Positions 1-12,314 of a stretch of DNA of 64,000 bases are shown one piece after another; position 1 is the first letter of the stretch, and each line of letters starts with the position of its first letter. A program made the position numbers and the translations under genes. The DNA comes from an uncultured Chloroflexia bacterium (GTDB lineage: Bacteria > Chloroflexota > Limnocylindria > Limnocylindrales > CSP1-4), in the NCBI GenBank assembly GCA_963768035.1, contig CAVYGJ010000008.1:26710-90709 (forward strand), given 5' to 3'. The notes under the pieces are model-generated. The model had not been told where the DNA came from. It saw only the letters and a list, made by a program, of their open reading frames with translations, and made no database searches.

Positions 1-1145
1 ACCCGGGCTGGCTCGGCCCGAGCGGCCAGGTCGCGTGGCACGAGCTCGACGGCCGGTACTACTACGGCGTGTTCTCGGACGCGATGCCGGACCTCAACCT
101 GCGCAGCGGGCTCGTGACCGGCGCGCTCGAGGACGTCGCCCGGTTCTGGCTCGCCGACGTCGGCGTGGACGGCTTCCGGCTCGATGCCGCAAAGCACCTC
201 ATCGAGGACGGCCCGGACGCCCAGACGAACACGCCCGAGACCCACGAGTGGCTGGCCGGCTTCAAGGCGTCCGTGGACGGCGTCAACCCGGACGCGATGC
301 TCGTGGGCGAGGTGTGGGACCCGGCGTCGATCGCGGGCGGCTACGTCCCCGACAGCCTCGACCTGACGTTCGACTTCGGGCTCGCCGGCGCGTACCGGAC
401 CGCCCTCCAGAACGGGCGAGCGGCGCCGATCAGGACCGCGCTCGGGGACACCGCGGCGGCATGGCCGGCGAACCAGGCGGCGAGCTTCCTGACGAACCAC
501 GACCAGACCCGGATCATGACCGAGCTCCGCGGCGACCCGGCGTCGGCCAAGCTCGCCGCGTTCCTGCTGCTCACGGGACCCGGCACGCCGTTCCTCTACT
601 ACGGCGAGGAGATCGGCATGACGGGAACGAAGCCCGACGAGCGGATCCGGACGCCGATGCGCTGGACCGCGGACCCGGCGACCGCGGGCTTCACCACCGG
701 CACGCCATGGGAGGCGCTCTCGGACGACGACCCGGCGACCGTCAACGTCGAGGCGCAGGCCGCCGACCGCGACAGCCTGCTCGCGACGTACGAGGACCTC
801 GTGCGCGTGCGCGGGCAGCAGGCGGCACTGCGCGAGGGCGCCACGACGGTCCTCGACAGCGACGCCGAGCCGGTCATCGGCTGGCTGCGCACGACCGCGG
901 ACGCGACGGTGCTCGCGCTCGTCAACGTCTCGGACCAGCCCGTGGACGCCTACACGCTGACCCTCGCCGACGGACCGCTCTGCGGCGCGCAGGCAGCGAC
1001 GCTCCTCGGGGCCGTGAACGGAGACCCGGGGACGACGCCGGCCGCGCCCGACGTCAACGCCGGCGGCGGCGTGGACGCGTGGACGCCGGTAACCGCGCTG
1101 CCGCCGCGCAGCGGCTTCCTCATCAGCCTGGCGCCCGCACCGTGA
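1..1145 (+). CDS. GH13 alpha-amylase family glycosidase (5'-truncated by window edge)
   Basis: Frame is open from the window start. GH13 motifs MPDLN, GVDGFRLDAAKH, LVGEVW, FLTNHD and PFLYYGEEIGM are present. Confidence 0.9.
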   Translation, partial: PGWLGPSGQVAWHELDGRYYYGVFSDAMPDLNLRSGLVTGALEDVARFWLADVGVDGFRLDAAKHLIEDGPDAQTNTPETHEWLAGFKASVDGVNPDAMLVGEVWDPASIAGGYVPDSLDLTFDFGLAGAYRTALQNGRAAPIRTALGDTAAAWPANQAASFLTNHDQTRIMTELRGDPASAKLAAFLLLTGPGTPFLYYGEEIGMTGTKPDERIRTPMRWTADPATAGFTTGTPWEALSDDDPATVNVEAQAADRDSLLATYEDLVRVRGQQAALREGATTVLDSDAEPVIGWLRTTADATVLALVNVSDQPVDAYTLTLADGPLCGAQAATLLGAVNGDPGTTPAAPDVNAGGGVDAWTPVTALPPRSGFLISLAPAP

Positions 1146-1666
1146 GCGACCCGCGCGCCGGTCGCACCTCCCCGGGCGAGGACATCCTCCCCGACGACGA
1201 CGCCGCGGTCCCGGCGGGCAGGCGCCGGAAGCGCGGCAATCCCTCCGGCCTCCGCAACGCGCCCCGTGGCCCGCAGCGGCCGCCCCGGCCTGCCATGGTC
1301 GAGCTCGCGACCGCGCTGCTCATCGTCTCCGGGCTGGTGAGCCTGTTCCTGAGCCTCGGCGCCGTGTCCACGCTCGCCAACGGCGGGGAGCTGTCGCCGC
1401 TCCTCGCCGTGCTTGCCCTCGCCCTCGGTGTGGCCGTGCCCATCGTCGGGCTCGCCCTGCGCGCCGGGCACTGGTGGCTGCTCGGCGTGAACCTCGTCGC
1501 GGTGGCGTCGTTCCTCGAGCTCACGGCGGGCTCGGCGGAGGGGCTGCTGTTCGGCGGGATCGACCTGTTCGTGCTCGTCGTGCTCATCGCGAACCGGGCC
1601 TGGTTCGCGTGGTCGCCCGAGGGCTACAGGCCCCCGGACGAGGACGCCGGACGCGGGTATCGCTGA
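1142..1666 (+). CDS. Hypothetical membrane protein (about 4 TM)
   Basis: GTG overlaps the upstream stop (GTGA). Hydrophobic C-terminal half of ORF 35..1666. Confidence 0.65.
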   Translation: MSDPRAGRTSPGEDILPDDDAAVPAGRRRKRGNPSGLRNAPRGPQRPPRPAMVELATALLIVSGLVSLFLSLGAVSTLANGGELSPLLAVLALALGVAVPIVGLALRAGHWWLLGVNLVAVASFLELTAGSAEGLLFGGIDLFVLVVLIANRAWFAWSPEGYRPPDEDAGRGYR

Positions 1667-1673
1667 CGGAGCG

Positions 1674-2648
1674 TCAGCCCTTGACGCCGCCGCCCGCGAG
1701 CCCGCCCACCAGGTAGCGCTGGAAGAAGAAGAACACCAGCGAGACCGGGAGCGCGAACAGGATCGCGAACGCCGCGAACTCTGACCACGGCGTGTTCCGC
1801 GCGAACTGGCCGACCATCGAGTTGAGCGCGATCGACAGCGTCCAGTCCGGCACGGTGCCGCCGATGAACATGTACGCCGTCAGGTACTCCGTCCAGCCGC
1901 CCAGGAAGCCGAGGAACCCGGTGACCGCGATCGCGGGCGTGCACAGCGGGAGCACGACGCGGAGGAACGTCTGGTTCTGGGTCGCGCCGTCGACCGCCGC
2001 GGCCTCCTCGAGGTCGCGCGGGATCGTGTCCAGGTAGCCCTTGAGGTTCCAGATCGCGAACGGCAGCTGCGACGAGATCACCGCGAGGCAGACGCCGAGC
2101 AGCGAGGCGCGCAGGTTGAACGAGATGTCGCCGACCGAGAACCGGAACTGGTTGAGGAACGAGTACAGCGGGATGAGGGTCGCGACCGCCGGCAGCATCA
2201 GCACGCCGAGGATGCCGATCATCAGCACCTCGCGGCCGGCGAACTTGAGGCGCGAGAACGCGTAGGCGGCCGTCACGCCGAGGCCGACGGCGATCGCCGA
2301 GCTGAACAGCGCGATCTTGAGGCTGTTGAGCATCAGGCCCAGGAAGCTGATGTCGTTGCTCGTGGGCTGGGCCAGCACCTTCTGGTAGGCCTTGAAGGTG
2401 ATCTCGGGCGGGATGAGGTTGAGGCCGTCGGGCCGGAACAGCCCGCGGGCGTCGATCGAGATGCTGAAGATCCAGAAGATCGGGAACAGCACCGTCGCCG
2501 TGATGACCAGCAGGATCGCCTGGAGCAGGAGCTGCCTGCCCAGCGGCAGCGGCTTCTCCTGCTCGCCGCGACGCGCCCCCGCGCGCCGGCCGAAGCGGAA
2601 GTAGGCGGTGAAGTCCCGGCCGCGCCGGACGTTCGCGAGGTCGCTCAT
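1674..2648 (-). CDS. Carbohydrate ABC transporter permease (MalG-like)
   Basis: EAA loop IPRDLEEAAAVDGA and typical C-terminus FFFQRYLVGGLAGGGVKG. Confidence 0.9.
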   Translation of the reverse strand: MSDLANVRRGRDFTAYFRFGRRAGARRGEQEKPLPLGRQLLLQAILLVITATVLFPIFWIFSISIDARGLFRPDGLNLIPPEITFKAYQKVLAQPTSNDISFLGLMLNSLKIALFSSAIAVGLGVTAAYAFSRLKFAGREVLMIGILGVLMLPAVATLIPLYSFLNQFRFSVGDISFNLRASLLGVCLAVISSQLPFAIWNLKGYLDTIPRDLEEAAAVDGATQNQTFLRVVLPLCTPAIAVTGFLGFLGGWTEYLTAYMFIGGTVPDWTLSIALNSMVGQFARNTPWSEFAAFAILFALPVSLVFFFFQRYLVGGLAGGGVKG

Positions 2649-2678
2649 CGTTCGGTCCTCGTCATCGCAGCGCGCCCG

Positions 2679-3697
2679 TCACTCGGCATAGCTCTTCGTC
2701 GCCTTGGCGAGTCGGTTCGTGATCAGGGTCACGATCAGGAGCAGGAAGAACAGGTAGACGCAGAAGGCGGCCGCGACGCCGAACAGCCGGCGGTCGTTGG
2801 CCAGGCGGTAGGCCTGGGTCACGAGGATCTCGGTCCGCCCGAACGGCTCCCCGCCGGTCATGAAGAACGGCAGGAAGAACAGGTTGAACGTGATGACGAA
2901 GCCGTAGATCGCGTACGGCAGCATCGCGGGGCGGAGGAACGTGACCGTGACGGTCCTGAACTTCTGCCAGGCGTTCGCGCCGTCCATCTCGGCCGCCTCG
3001 TAGAGGTCGCCGGGGATCGACTGGAGGGCGCCCGTCGCGACGACGGAGTTGAGCGGCCAGCCCAGCCAGGTGTTCGCCGTGATCATCGCGAAGTAGGCGA
3101 GCGGCAACGGGATGAACGGGATCGGGTCGTCAACCTGGCGCAGCCAGTCGAGGTTGAGGCCGGGCGCGTCGGCCGGGATGCCGACGATCCCGCCGAGCGC
3201 CTGGAGGAGGTAGTTCACCGCGCCGCCGTCGGGCGTGAACATGTTCCGCCAGACCGTGGCCACGATGATCGACGGGATGACGACCGGGAGGATGAAGATC
3301 GCGCGGTAGATGCCGCGGAACATCAGGCCCTTGGTGTTGAGGAGGACCGCGACGCGCCACGCCGAGGATGACGTGGATGACGACGTTCGAGAGGGCCCAC
3401 CAGAGGTTGAACAGGACGAGCCGGCCGAACTCGAAGTTCGGGATCTGGAGCTTCGACGTCGCGATCCGGACGTAGTTGTCGAACCCGACGAAGTTGGGCG
3501 GCGGCGGGCCCAGCCGGATGTTGAAGTTCTTGTCACCGAAGTCGGTGAACGACATCCACACCTGGTACCCGAGCGGGTAGAAGGTGATGATCGCCATCAC
3601 CGCCAGCGCCGGCAGCAGGTAGAGGTAGGGCTGCGATCGCCTGCGCCAGCTTGCGACGTGGCTTCGCTGGCGGGAGCACCGCGGTCGTCGTGGCCAT
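2679..3697 (-). CDS. Carbohydrate ABC transporter permease (MalF-like), frameshifted in this sequence
   Basis: EAA loop LYEAAEMDGA in ORF 2679..3536. N-terminal part FYPLGYQVWMSFTD..FVGFDNY in ORF 3130..3600. ATG at 3697 with GGAGGAGG upstream. Confidence 0.85.
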
Positions 3698-3808
3698 CCC
3701 TGGACTCGCCTCCTCCTGCGTCGTCGCTCGGAATCGCTCGGTGTTCGGGCCAGTATCGGCCCCGGATCGGGCTCCGTGTCAGGCCGGAGCGCGGACCGGG
3801 GACGATCC

Positions 3809-3831
3809 GGGAGCGCCCGTGGGGCGCTCCC
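3809..3831 (-). terminator. Intercistronic stem-loop after the substrate-binding gene
   Basis: Perfect inverted repeat GGGAGCGCCC-gtg-GGGCGCTCCC. Confidence 0.5.
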
Positions 3832-3852
3832 GTTCGTCGGACGGAGCGAAGG

Positions 3853-5112
3853 CTACTTGCCGTTCGCCTCGTTCATGGTCTTGCAGGCGTTGGCCACGAC
3901 GGTCGTGGCGTCCTCACCCTTGTCGAGGACGAGGTTGAGGCCATCGCCGAAGGGGCCCCAGTAGTTGTTGAACTCGGCGCGCTGCGGTCGTGCGAGGCCG
4001 GCGGCCGCCGCGTCAGCAAAGCCCTGGACGAGGGGCGAGTCGATCGTGACGCCCGGGGCCGCAGGCACGTGGCCGGCGTCCGTCGTCATGACCTGCTCGC
4101 TTGCGGTGCCGACGAGCTGGAGGGCCAGCTGCGTGGCCAGGTCGATGTTCGGGCTGTTGGGGTTGATGTACCAGCCGTCCGTGCCCGTGAGCGGGTTCGC
4201 GGGAGCGGTGCCGGCCGGGATCGGCGCGACGGCGAGCTTGTCGCCGAGGGCCTTGGTGAAGTCAGCGGTCTGCCACGGGCCGTCGATGACGGCGTTCAGG
4301 GCACCCGTCTGGAAGTCCTGCTTGAGGGCGTTGCCGTCCGTGTAGAGCTTGGCGCCTGCGGCCTTGATGTCGGCCTGGTACTTGAACGCATCAGCGAAGC
4401 CCGCCTGGTCGGCGACGCACTTGCCGGTGTCGTCCATGAGCGTGCCGCCGAACGCGCCGCTGAAGCCGAAGCTGTGGTACGCGTTCTGGTTGAGGCCGAG
4501 CTTGATCGAGCCGTCCTTCACGCCCGCCATGAGCGCGTCGAGGGTCGCCGGGACGGTCGGGATCGCCGACTTGTCGTACCACAGCGCGACGGCCTTCAGG
4601 GACTCGGGGACCATGAAGAACTTGCCGTCGACCTTGGAGCCGTCGATCGCGACCTGGTTGAAGCCCTCGAGGTTGCCCTCGAGCGCGGTCGTGAGGTCCG
4701 CGAGGACGCCCGCGTCGGACTGGGTGAACAGGTTGTCGTTCGGGGCGATGAACATGTCAGGGCCGCCGCCGGCGCTGACGTCAGTCGTCCACTTGTTGAA
4801 GATGTCGCTGAACGGCTGCTCGACGACGTTGACCTTGAGGTCCTTGTTCGCCACGAGGATGGCGCCGAGGGCCTTCTGGAAGGCGCCCGTCTCGCCACCG
4901 CCGGAGCCGTAGCTGTGCCACAGCGTGATCTCGCCGCTGAGCGGCGCCGCGGCCGGGGCCGACGGCGAGCCGCTCTCGGGAGCCGTGCTCTCGGGGGCGG
5001 TGCTCTCGGGGGCCACGCTCGCCGGCGCGGTGGTCGCGCCGCCGCCGCCGCAGGCGGCAACGAGGATCGCGGCGCCCGCAAGGAGCGATGCGAATCGAAT
5101 CTTGGTGTTCAT
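3853..5112 (-). CDS. Sugar ABC substrate-binding lipoprotein (MalE-like)
   Basis: MNTKIRF signal peptide with LVAAC lipobox. Motifs ITLWHSY, GPDMFIAPND and IDGPW. Confidence 0.9.
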   Translation of the reverse strand: MNTKIRFASLLAGAAILVAACGGGGATTAPASVAPESTAPESTAPESGSPSAPAAAPLSGEITLWHSYGSGGGETGAFQKALGAILVANKDLKVNVVEQPFSDIFNKWTTDVSAGGGPDMFIAPNDNLFTQSDAGVLADLTTALEGNLEGFNQVAIDGSKVDGKFFMVPESLKAVALWYDKSAIPTVPATLDALMAGVKDGSIKLGLNQNAYHSFGFSGAFGGTLMDDTGKCVADQAGFADAFKYQADIKAAGAKLYTDGNALKQDFQTGALNAVIDGPWQTADFTKALGDKLAVAPIPAGTAPANPLTGTDGWYINPNSPNIDLATQLALQLVGTASEQVMTTDAGHVPAAPGVTIDSPLVQGFADAAAAGLARPQRAEFNNYWGPFGDGLNLVLDKGEDATTVVANACKTMNEANGK

Positions 5113-5290
5113 CCTGGTCTTGATCTCCTCCACGAAGAATTGGTTCCCTGGTAGATGACCGGCGTGGCCGGTCGTCTCTGTCGGGCCGGGCCCTGGCCCG
5201 TGGCCGATTTCGGCAGTCGACTGCCACGACACATGTGATGTGGGCGTGGCGTGCCGGGCGAACGCTCGTCCGCACACCGCCCATCGACCA

Positions 5291-6367
5291 TCAGCTTCGG
5301 ACCCGGTTCACCTCCTGCCGTCGTCGCGGCGCCGGTCCGGTCGATCCCCGCACGATGAGGCGGGTCTCGAGCCGGATGTGCTCGGGACGTTGATCCCGTC
5401 GTTCGACGACGGACAGCAACAGGCGCACCGCGCTCTCGCCCTTCTGGCGGATCGGCTGGTGCACCGTGGTGAGCGGCGGGTTCGTGTGCTGGGAGATGTC
5501 GATGTCGTCGAAGCCGACGACCGACACGTCCTCCGGGACCCGCAGCCCCATCTCGCGCGCGGCGCGCAGGACGCCGATGGCCATCGCGTCGGACATCACG
5601 AGGACCCCGGTCGGCCGGAGCCCGTCCTCGGTCGCCCGGCGCATGGCCGCGATGCCGCCCTCGATGCTCGCCGGCCCGACGACGAACGCGTGCGGCGGGA
5701 GCTCGATCCCCTTGTCCGCGAGCGCCATCACGTAGCCGCGCATGCGCCGCCCCATGACGCCCTCGGGCTCGAGGATCGCGCCGGGCGACGGCGGCTCGAC
5801 GCCGACGACGAGGATGTCCCGGTGGCCGAGCTGGACCAGGTGGTCCGCCGCGGCGCGGGCCCCGCCGACATCGTCGATGTCGACGACGGACAGGTCCTGG
5901 AGCGCGCTCGAGTCGACCATCACCAGCGGCAGGCCCGCGGCCCGGATCTGCTCGACCTCCGGGTGGTCGGCGGACAGGCCGACCGCGACGACCCCGTCGA
6001 CCGTCGCGCGGCCCATCGCGCGGGCCAGGCTGCCGTGGAGCGGGGAGATGAAGTGGAGCGCGTAGCCCTCCTGCTCGGCGGCCAGCGCGACGCCCTCGCT
6101 GAACGCGCCGAAGAACGGGTTCGAGAAGATCACCGAGAGCGCCTGCGGGGTCAGCACCCCGACCGTGTGCGTGCTCCGCTGGGTGAGCATCCGCGCGACG
6201 GGATGGGGGCGATACCCGAGGGAATCGGCAACATCGCGAATCCGGCTGGCCGTCTCGGGCGCAAGCCGGTCGGGGCTGTTGAAGGCGAACGAGACCGCGG
6301 TCTTCGAGACGCCCGCTTCCCGGGCGACATCGGCGATACGCGGCCGGCGCCGGGTCCGCTCCTCCAC
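5291..6367 (-). CDS. LacI-family transcriptional regulator
   Basis: HTH PRIADVAREAGVSKTAVSFAFN and VSVVGFDD..PPLTTVHQP. Start chosen at GTG 6367; the ORF is open to 6457. Confidence 0.92.
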   Translation of the reverse strand: MEERTRRRPRIADVAREAGVSKTAVSFAFNSPDRLAPETASRIRDVADSLGYRPHPVARMLTQRSTHTVGVLTPQALSVIFSNPFFGAFSEGVALAAEQEGYALHFISPLHGSLARAMGRATVDGVVAVGLSADHPEVEQIRAAGLPLVMVDSSALQDLSVVDIDDVGGARAAADHLVQLGHRDILVVGVEPPSPGAILEPEGVMGRRMRGYVMALADKGIELPPHAFVVGPASIEGGIAAMRRATEDGLRPTGVLVMSDAMAIGVLRAAREMGLRVPEDVSVVGFDDIDISQHTNPPLTTVHQPIRQKGESAVRLLLSVVERRDQRPEHIRLETRLIVRGSTGPAPRRRQEVNRVRS

Positions 6368-6467
6368 GGTCTCCTCGGTACGCAGGTCCTGCGAGGGGTC
6401 ACCGGATGCTGGCGGGCTCCGCGCTGCTGGAGTCCCGCGCACCGTGCGCAGGGCCATCGGCTCAGTT

Positions 6468-6563
6468 CAAAACCGGTTTAGCAAACCGGTTTAGCGGACA
6501 GTAGTGGGCGTTTCCCTCCGGTGTCAAGCACCTTGCGCGACGGTGGCGAATGTGAACGTTCAC
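6468..6563 (-). promoter_or_regulatory. Sigma70-type promoter with LacI-type operators
   Basis: Minus-strand TTGACA(6527-6522)-N18-TACTGT(6503-6498). Two tandem AAACCGGTTT palindromes at 6470-6479 and 6483-6492. Palindrome GTGAACGTTCAC at 6552-6563. Confidence 0.75.
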
Positions 6564-6661
6564 GGTCCGTTCCGGGCCCGATTCGGGCCCGTTCGCGTGC
6601 CGTTGAGCGGGTCCGGGCCGGCTCGCCACCCGGTCCCGCGGACGGGTGGCATCATCTGGCC

Positions 6662-7033
6662 GTGCTCGACCAGCTGCGCGCGATGCCCGGCGGCGTCCGG
6701 ATCTTCATCGGCTACGCGTTCCTCATCCTCGGCGTCCTGGGGCTGTCCCTGCGCTGGGTCGTCGACCAGGCGATCAGCGCGCCGATCTCGCCCGTCGGCG
6801 TGGTGGCCATGGTCCTGCTCGCGTACACGATCTTCACCACGACCCTCGTGCTCCAGCGCAAGCAGGCGTCCCGCGGCCTGGCCCTCGGCCTGTCGACGCT
6901 GACGCTCCCCGCGATCCCGCTCGCGATCCTCGCGGCGCAGCCGGTGTTCGGGCTGTTCGCCGCGGTGCTCGCGGCGCTGCTGTTCTTCGGGCTCACCCGT
7001 CCCGAGGTCCGGACCTGGCTCAGCGAGCCGTAG
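6662..7033 (+). CDS. Small hypothetical membrane protein (4 TM)
   Basis: Hydrophobic part of ORF 6521..7033 with host-like codon usage. Confidence 0.7.
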   Translation: MLDQLRAMPGGVRIFIGYAFLILGVLGLSLRWVVDQAISAPISPVGVVAMVLLAYTIFTTTLVLQRKQASRGLALGLSTLTLPAIPLAILAAQPVFGLFAAVLAALLFFGLTRPEVRTWLSEP

Positions 7034-7160
7034 CTCGAACCTGCCCAATCGCGCTGGGCGGCGGTTGCCGCTACCCTTCCCGGAGCGTCGCGCGCCTGTC
7101 GCGACGTCCGACGGCGATCGACCGTCCCGACCGTCGCCGCACCGCACGGAGCAGCAAGCC

Positions 7161-8061
7161 TTGACAGACTCGACGAAGCGGCCCGCCGGGGGCGCCCCCG
7201 CCGGCAAGGGGTCCAGCCGCAAGCCCTCCATCCAGCCCCTCGGGCTCGCCGCGCGCAGGCCGCCGCGCCTCGCAGCGCCGCCGCTACGAGGAGCAGTCCA
7301 CGTTCCAGCGCTTCCGCACGCCGATCGTCGCCTTCGCCGTCGTCGCGGTGGTCGTCGGCGTGAGCGCGTTCGTGTTCGCGTCCGCCGCCCAGCCGACGTT
7401 CGCGTGCACCACGATCGACACCGTCAAGCCGGCCGCGTCCGGCGAGATCGGCCAGATCCAGCCCGACATGGGCAACCAGCACGTGGCCTCCGGCGAGAAG
7501 GTGACCTACCCGGTCTGCCCGCCGGCCTCGGGCAAGCACGTCAACCGCACCGGCTACGGGCCGCTCCAGCCCAAGGTGTACGGGCCGGACGACAGCAGCT
7601 CGCCCACGGGCTGGGTCCACAACCTGGAGCACGGCGGCCTCGTCCTCCTGTACTCGTGCGACAAGGGCGCCTGCGACGACGCCAGCCTCCAGTCACTGCG
7701 CGACTTCAGCGCGGGGTTCCCGACGAGCGCCATCTGCCAGATCCCGCCCGGCGTCCTCGGCCCCGTGGTCGCGCGGTTCGAGCAGATGCCCACGAAGTTC
7801 GCGGCCCTCGTCTGGAACCGCGTCCTGTACATGGACACGCTCGACACGACGCTGGCATACGACTTCTTCACCCAGTACGCCGAGCGTGTCTCGACCGACG
7901 GGCAGTGGATCAGCCCGCCCGAGCCGCAGTGCAACCCGCCGTCCGCGAGCCCCGGCGTGGAGCCCAGCCCGTCGGCGTCCGCGCCGGCCGCCAGCCCCAG
8001 CGCGTCCGCGCCTGCCGCCAGCCCCAGCGTCGAGCCCAGCCCGAGCCCGTCGGCCAGCTAG
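7161..8061 (+). CDS. DUF3105-domain membrane-anchored protein (N-terminus frameshifted)
   Basis: PPASGKH and WVHNLEHG motifs, an N-terminal TM and a Ser/Pro/Ala-rich tail. Confidence 0.75.
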
Positions 8062-8068
8062 CCGTCAG

Positions 8069-9037
8069 ATGCGGCTCTACGCCCACCAGGACCGAGCCGG
8101 CGAGGACCGGATCGGCGCGCTCGTCGACGGCGGCCTGCTGACCGCGGGCCAGCTCCGGAAGCACGAGCGCGATGGCTGGGCGACGGACGCGCAGTCGGTG
8201 TGCTGCCTCGTCAACGTCGACGGCTGGCGGGTCGACCTCGAGGCGACCGTTCGACGAGCGATCGTCAAGGGCGCGCCGCGGATCGACCCGGAGCGACGCC
8301 GCGCGCTGCCCGCGCTCCAGCACCCGGGCAAGATCGTGTGCGTCGGCCTCAACTACGGCGACCATGCCGCGGAGGGCGGCCGCGCGGCGCCCGAGCGGCC
8401 GCTGCTGTTCGCGAAGTTCGGCAACACGATCGTCGGCGACGGCGAGGCGATCGTCCGGCCGCCCGGCACCCACGCCCTCGACCTCGAGGTGGAGCTGGGC
8501 GTCGTCATCGGCACGCGCGCGCGACGGGTCAGCGAGGACGACGCCATGACCCACGTCGCGGGCTATGTCGTGGCCAACGACGTCAGCGCGCGCGACTGGC
8601 AGGGCACACCGCAGGCGCTCCACGACGGCGAGAAGGGCGACGGGCAGTGGCTGCGTGCGAAGGGCAGCGACACGTTCCTCCCGATCGGCCCCACGTTCGT
8701 GACCCCCGACGAGGTGGATCCCGCCGCGGGCCTGCAGATCCGCTCCTGGCACATCCCGGGCAGCGGCGACGGCCCGGGCGAGCCCGTGCTCATGCAGGAC
8801 GGGAACACGGCCGACATGCTGTTCTCCGTGCCCCGGCTCATCAGCCACATCTCGCAGCAGATCACGCTCGACCCGGGCGACCTCGTGATCACCGGCACGC
8901 CGGCCGGCGTCGGCGTGTTCCGCGACCCGCCGGTGTTCCTCGCGCCGGGCGACCGCGTCCGGTGCGAGATCGAGGGCATCGGCGTGGTGGAGAATCCGGT
9001 CGTCGACTGGACCGACGATCCCCGCCGCGACGCCTGA
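8069..9037 (+). CDS. Fumarylacetoacetate hydrolase family protein
   Basis: KIVCVGLNYGDH, DLEVELGVVIG, NDVSARD and LDPGDLVITGTPAGVG. Confidence 0.9.
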   Translation: MRLYAHQDRAGEDRIGALVDGGLLTAGQLRKHERDGWATDAQSVCCLVNVDGWRVDLEATVRRAIVKGAPRIDPERRRALPALQHPGKIVCVGLNYGDHAAEGGRAAPERPLLFAKFGNTIVGDGEAIVRPPGTHALDLEVELGVVIGTRARRVSEDDAMTHVAGYVVANDVSARDWQGTPQALHDGEKGDGQWLRAKGSDTFLPIGPTFVTPDEVDPAAGLQIRSWHIPGSGDGPGEPVLMQDGNTADMLFSVPRLISHISQQITLDPGDLVITGTPAGVGVFRDPPVFLAPGDRVRCEIEGIGVVENPVVDWTDDPRRDA

Positions 9038-9079
9038 CGCGCCGCACCGGGGACGGCGGCAGACCGAGGAGAGGCACCG

Positions 9080-10108
9080 ATGCTCGCTCTCGTGAAGACC
9101 GCGCCGGGGCCGGGCCTCTCGCTCGAGACCGTCCCCGACCCGGAGGTCGGCATCAACGACGTGCTGATCCGCGTCCGCAAGACCGGGATCTGCGGCACCG
9201 ACCTCCACATCGAGTCGTGGGACCCCTGGGCCGCGAGGACGATCAACCCGCCGCTCGTCGTCGGCCACGAGTTCGTCGGCGAGGTCGTCGAGACGGGGTC
9301 CAACGTGTACGACTTCACGCCGGGCGACGTCGTCTCGGGCGAGGGTCACGTCACCTGCGGGCTGTGCCGCCACTGCATGGCCGGCCGCCGCCACCTGTGC
9401 GCCCACACGGTGGGGCTGGGCGTGGGCCGCGACGGGGCGTTCGCGGAGTACGTGGTGCTCCCGATGACGAACGTCTGGAGCCACTGGCCGGGCGTGGACG
9501 AGGAGGTCGCGGCGATCTTCGACCCGTTCGGGAACGCGGTCCACACGGCGCTCGCGTTCAACGTGCTGGGCGAGGACGTGCTCGTGAGCGGCGCGGGCCC
9601 GATCGGCCTCATGGCGACCGCGGTGGCCAGGCACGCCGGCGCGCGGTTCGTCGTCGTGAGCGAGCCGAACCCCGTCCGCCGGGCGCTCGCCGAGCGCATG
9701 GGCGCAACGGTCACGGTCGATCCCCGCGAGCGGGCGCTCGCCGACGTCCAGGCGGAGCTCGGCATGGTCGAGGGCTTCGACGTCGTCCTGGAGATGTCCG
9801 GCAACCCCGCGGCCCTCCGGTCGGCGATCAGCGCGATGGCCCACGGCGGCGGGATCGCGATCCTCGGCATCCCGACGGAGGAGATCGCGATCGACATCAA
9901 CGAGATCGTGTTCAAGATGCTCACGGTCAAGGGGATCTACGGCCGGGAGATGTACGAGACCTGGTACAAGATGACGGTGATGCTCCAGTCGGGCCTCGAC
10001 ATCACGCCCGCGATCACGCATCGCTTCCCGTTCCGCGAGCACGAGGCGGCCTTCGCCACGGCACGCTCCGGCGACTCCGGCAAGGTCATCCTCGACTGGA
10101 CCGCGTGA
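9080..10108 (+). CDS. tdh: L-threonine 3-dehydrogenase
   Basis: [36 protein letters not shown]; adjacent to kbl. Confidence 0.95.
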   Translation: MLALVKTAPGPGLSLETVPDPEVGINDVLIRVRKTGICGTDLHIESWDPWAARTINPPLVVGHEFVGEVVETGSNVYDFTPGDVVSGEGHVTCGLCRHCMAGRRHLCAHTVGLGVGRDGAFAEYVVLPMTNVWSHWPGVDEEVAAIFDPFGNAVHTALAFNVLGEDVLVSGAGPIGLMATAVARHAGARFVVVSEPNPVRRALAERMGATVTVDPRERALADVQAELGMVEGFDVVLEMSGNPAALRSAISAMAHGGGIAILGIPTEEIAIDINEIVFKMLTVKGIYGREMYETWYKMTVMLQSGLDITPAITHRFPFREHEAAFATARSGDSGKVILDWTA

Positions 10109-10117
10109 GGGACTGAC

Positions 10118-11340
<1,223 letters not shown>

Positions 11341-11344
<4 letters not shown>

Positions 11345-12279
11345 GCGGCGTCCACCTCGGGCATCCCGACCCCGCCGACACCCGCGAGCGGGCCGACGTC
11401 GAGCGGGACGTCTATCTCGCGGGCCTGGCCGCCGGGCTCGGCGACTCGCGCGACCTGCCGCTGGACACGCACCTCCACACGATCCACTCGCCCGACGCGA
11501 ACGCGATGCTCGACGCGTACTGCGCGCTCGCCCTCGAGCGCGGGATCCCGGAGCTCGCGATCACGGACCACGTGGACTTCGACCCCACGATGCCCGCGTA
11601 CGGGTTCGTGTCGTTCGAGGACCGCGAGCGTGCCGTCCGCGGGGCCGCGGAGCGCTGGGCGGACCGCGGGCTCGCGATCCGGTTCGGCGTGGAGGTCACC
11701 TACGAGCGCGCGTACGAGGACGACATCCGCGGCTGGCTGCAGCGACACCCCCACGACTTCGTCATCGGCTCGGTCCACATCAGCGCCGTGTCGCCGTACA
11801 AGGCGTCCAACGTCGCCGGGTTCGTCGCCGGCCGGCCGCTCCCCGAGGTCGTGGCGCCGTACTTCGACGAGGTCATCGGGGCGGCCCGGTCCGGCCTGTT
11901 CGACACGATCGGGCACATGGACTTCGTGAAGCGCTACCTCGTGCCGCACGTCATGCCCGCCGACCTCGCCGCCGCTCCGGAGCTGTACGAGCCGGCGCTC
12001 CACGCGATGATCGAATCCGGGACGGCGCTCGAGGTCAACGCGTCCGGGCTGCGGCAGCTCCCGCGCGAGACGTACCCGTCCGCGGCGATCGTGGCGCGCT
12101 ACCGCGAGCTCGGCGGGCGACACGTGACCATTGGCAGCGACGCCCACCGAACAGAGTGGTTCGCATATGGGCTCGCGGAGGCGTATCGTCACGCGACGCG
12201 CGCCGGATTCGACGCGCTCACGTTCCGGCGGGGGGCCGAACGCATCCACGTCCCGATGGGGCAAGCGCAGGCGGACTAG
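11341..12279 (+). CDS. PHP-family phosphatase (histidinol-phosphatase HisJ/HisK-like)
   Basis: DTHLHT, ITDH, GSVH, GHMD, LEVNASG and GSDAH metal-binding motifs. Confidence 0.82.
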
Positions 12280-12314
12280 GGCGAGAGCCCTAACACGGGG
12301 GTCCACGGATCGTT

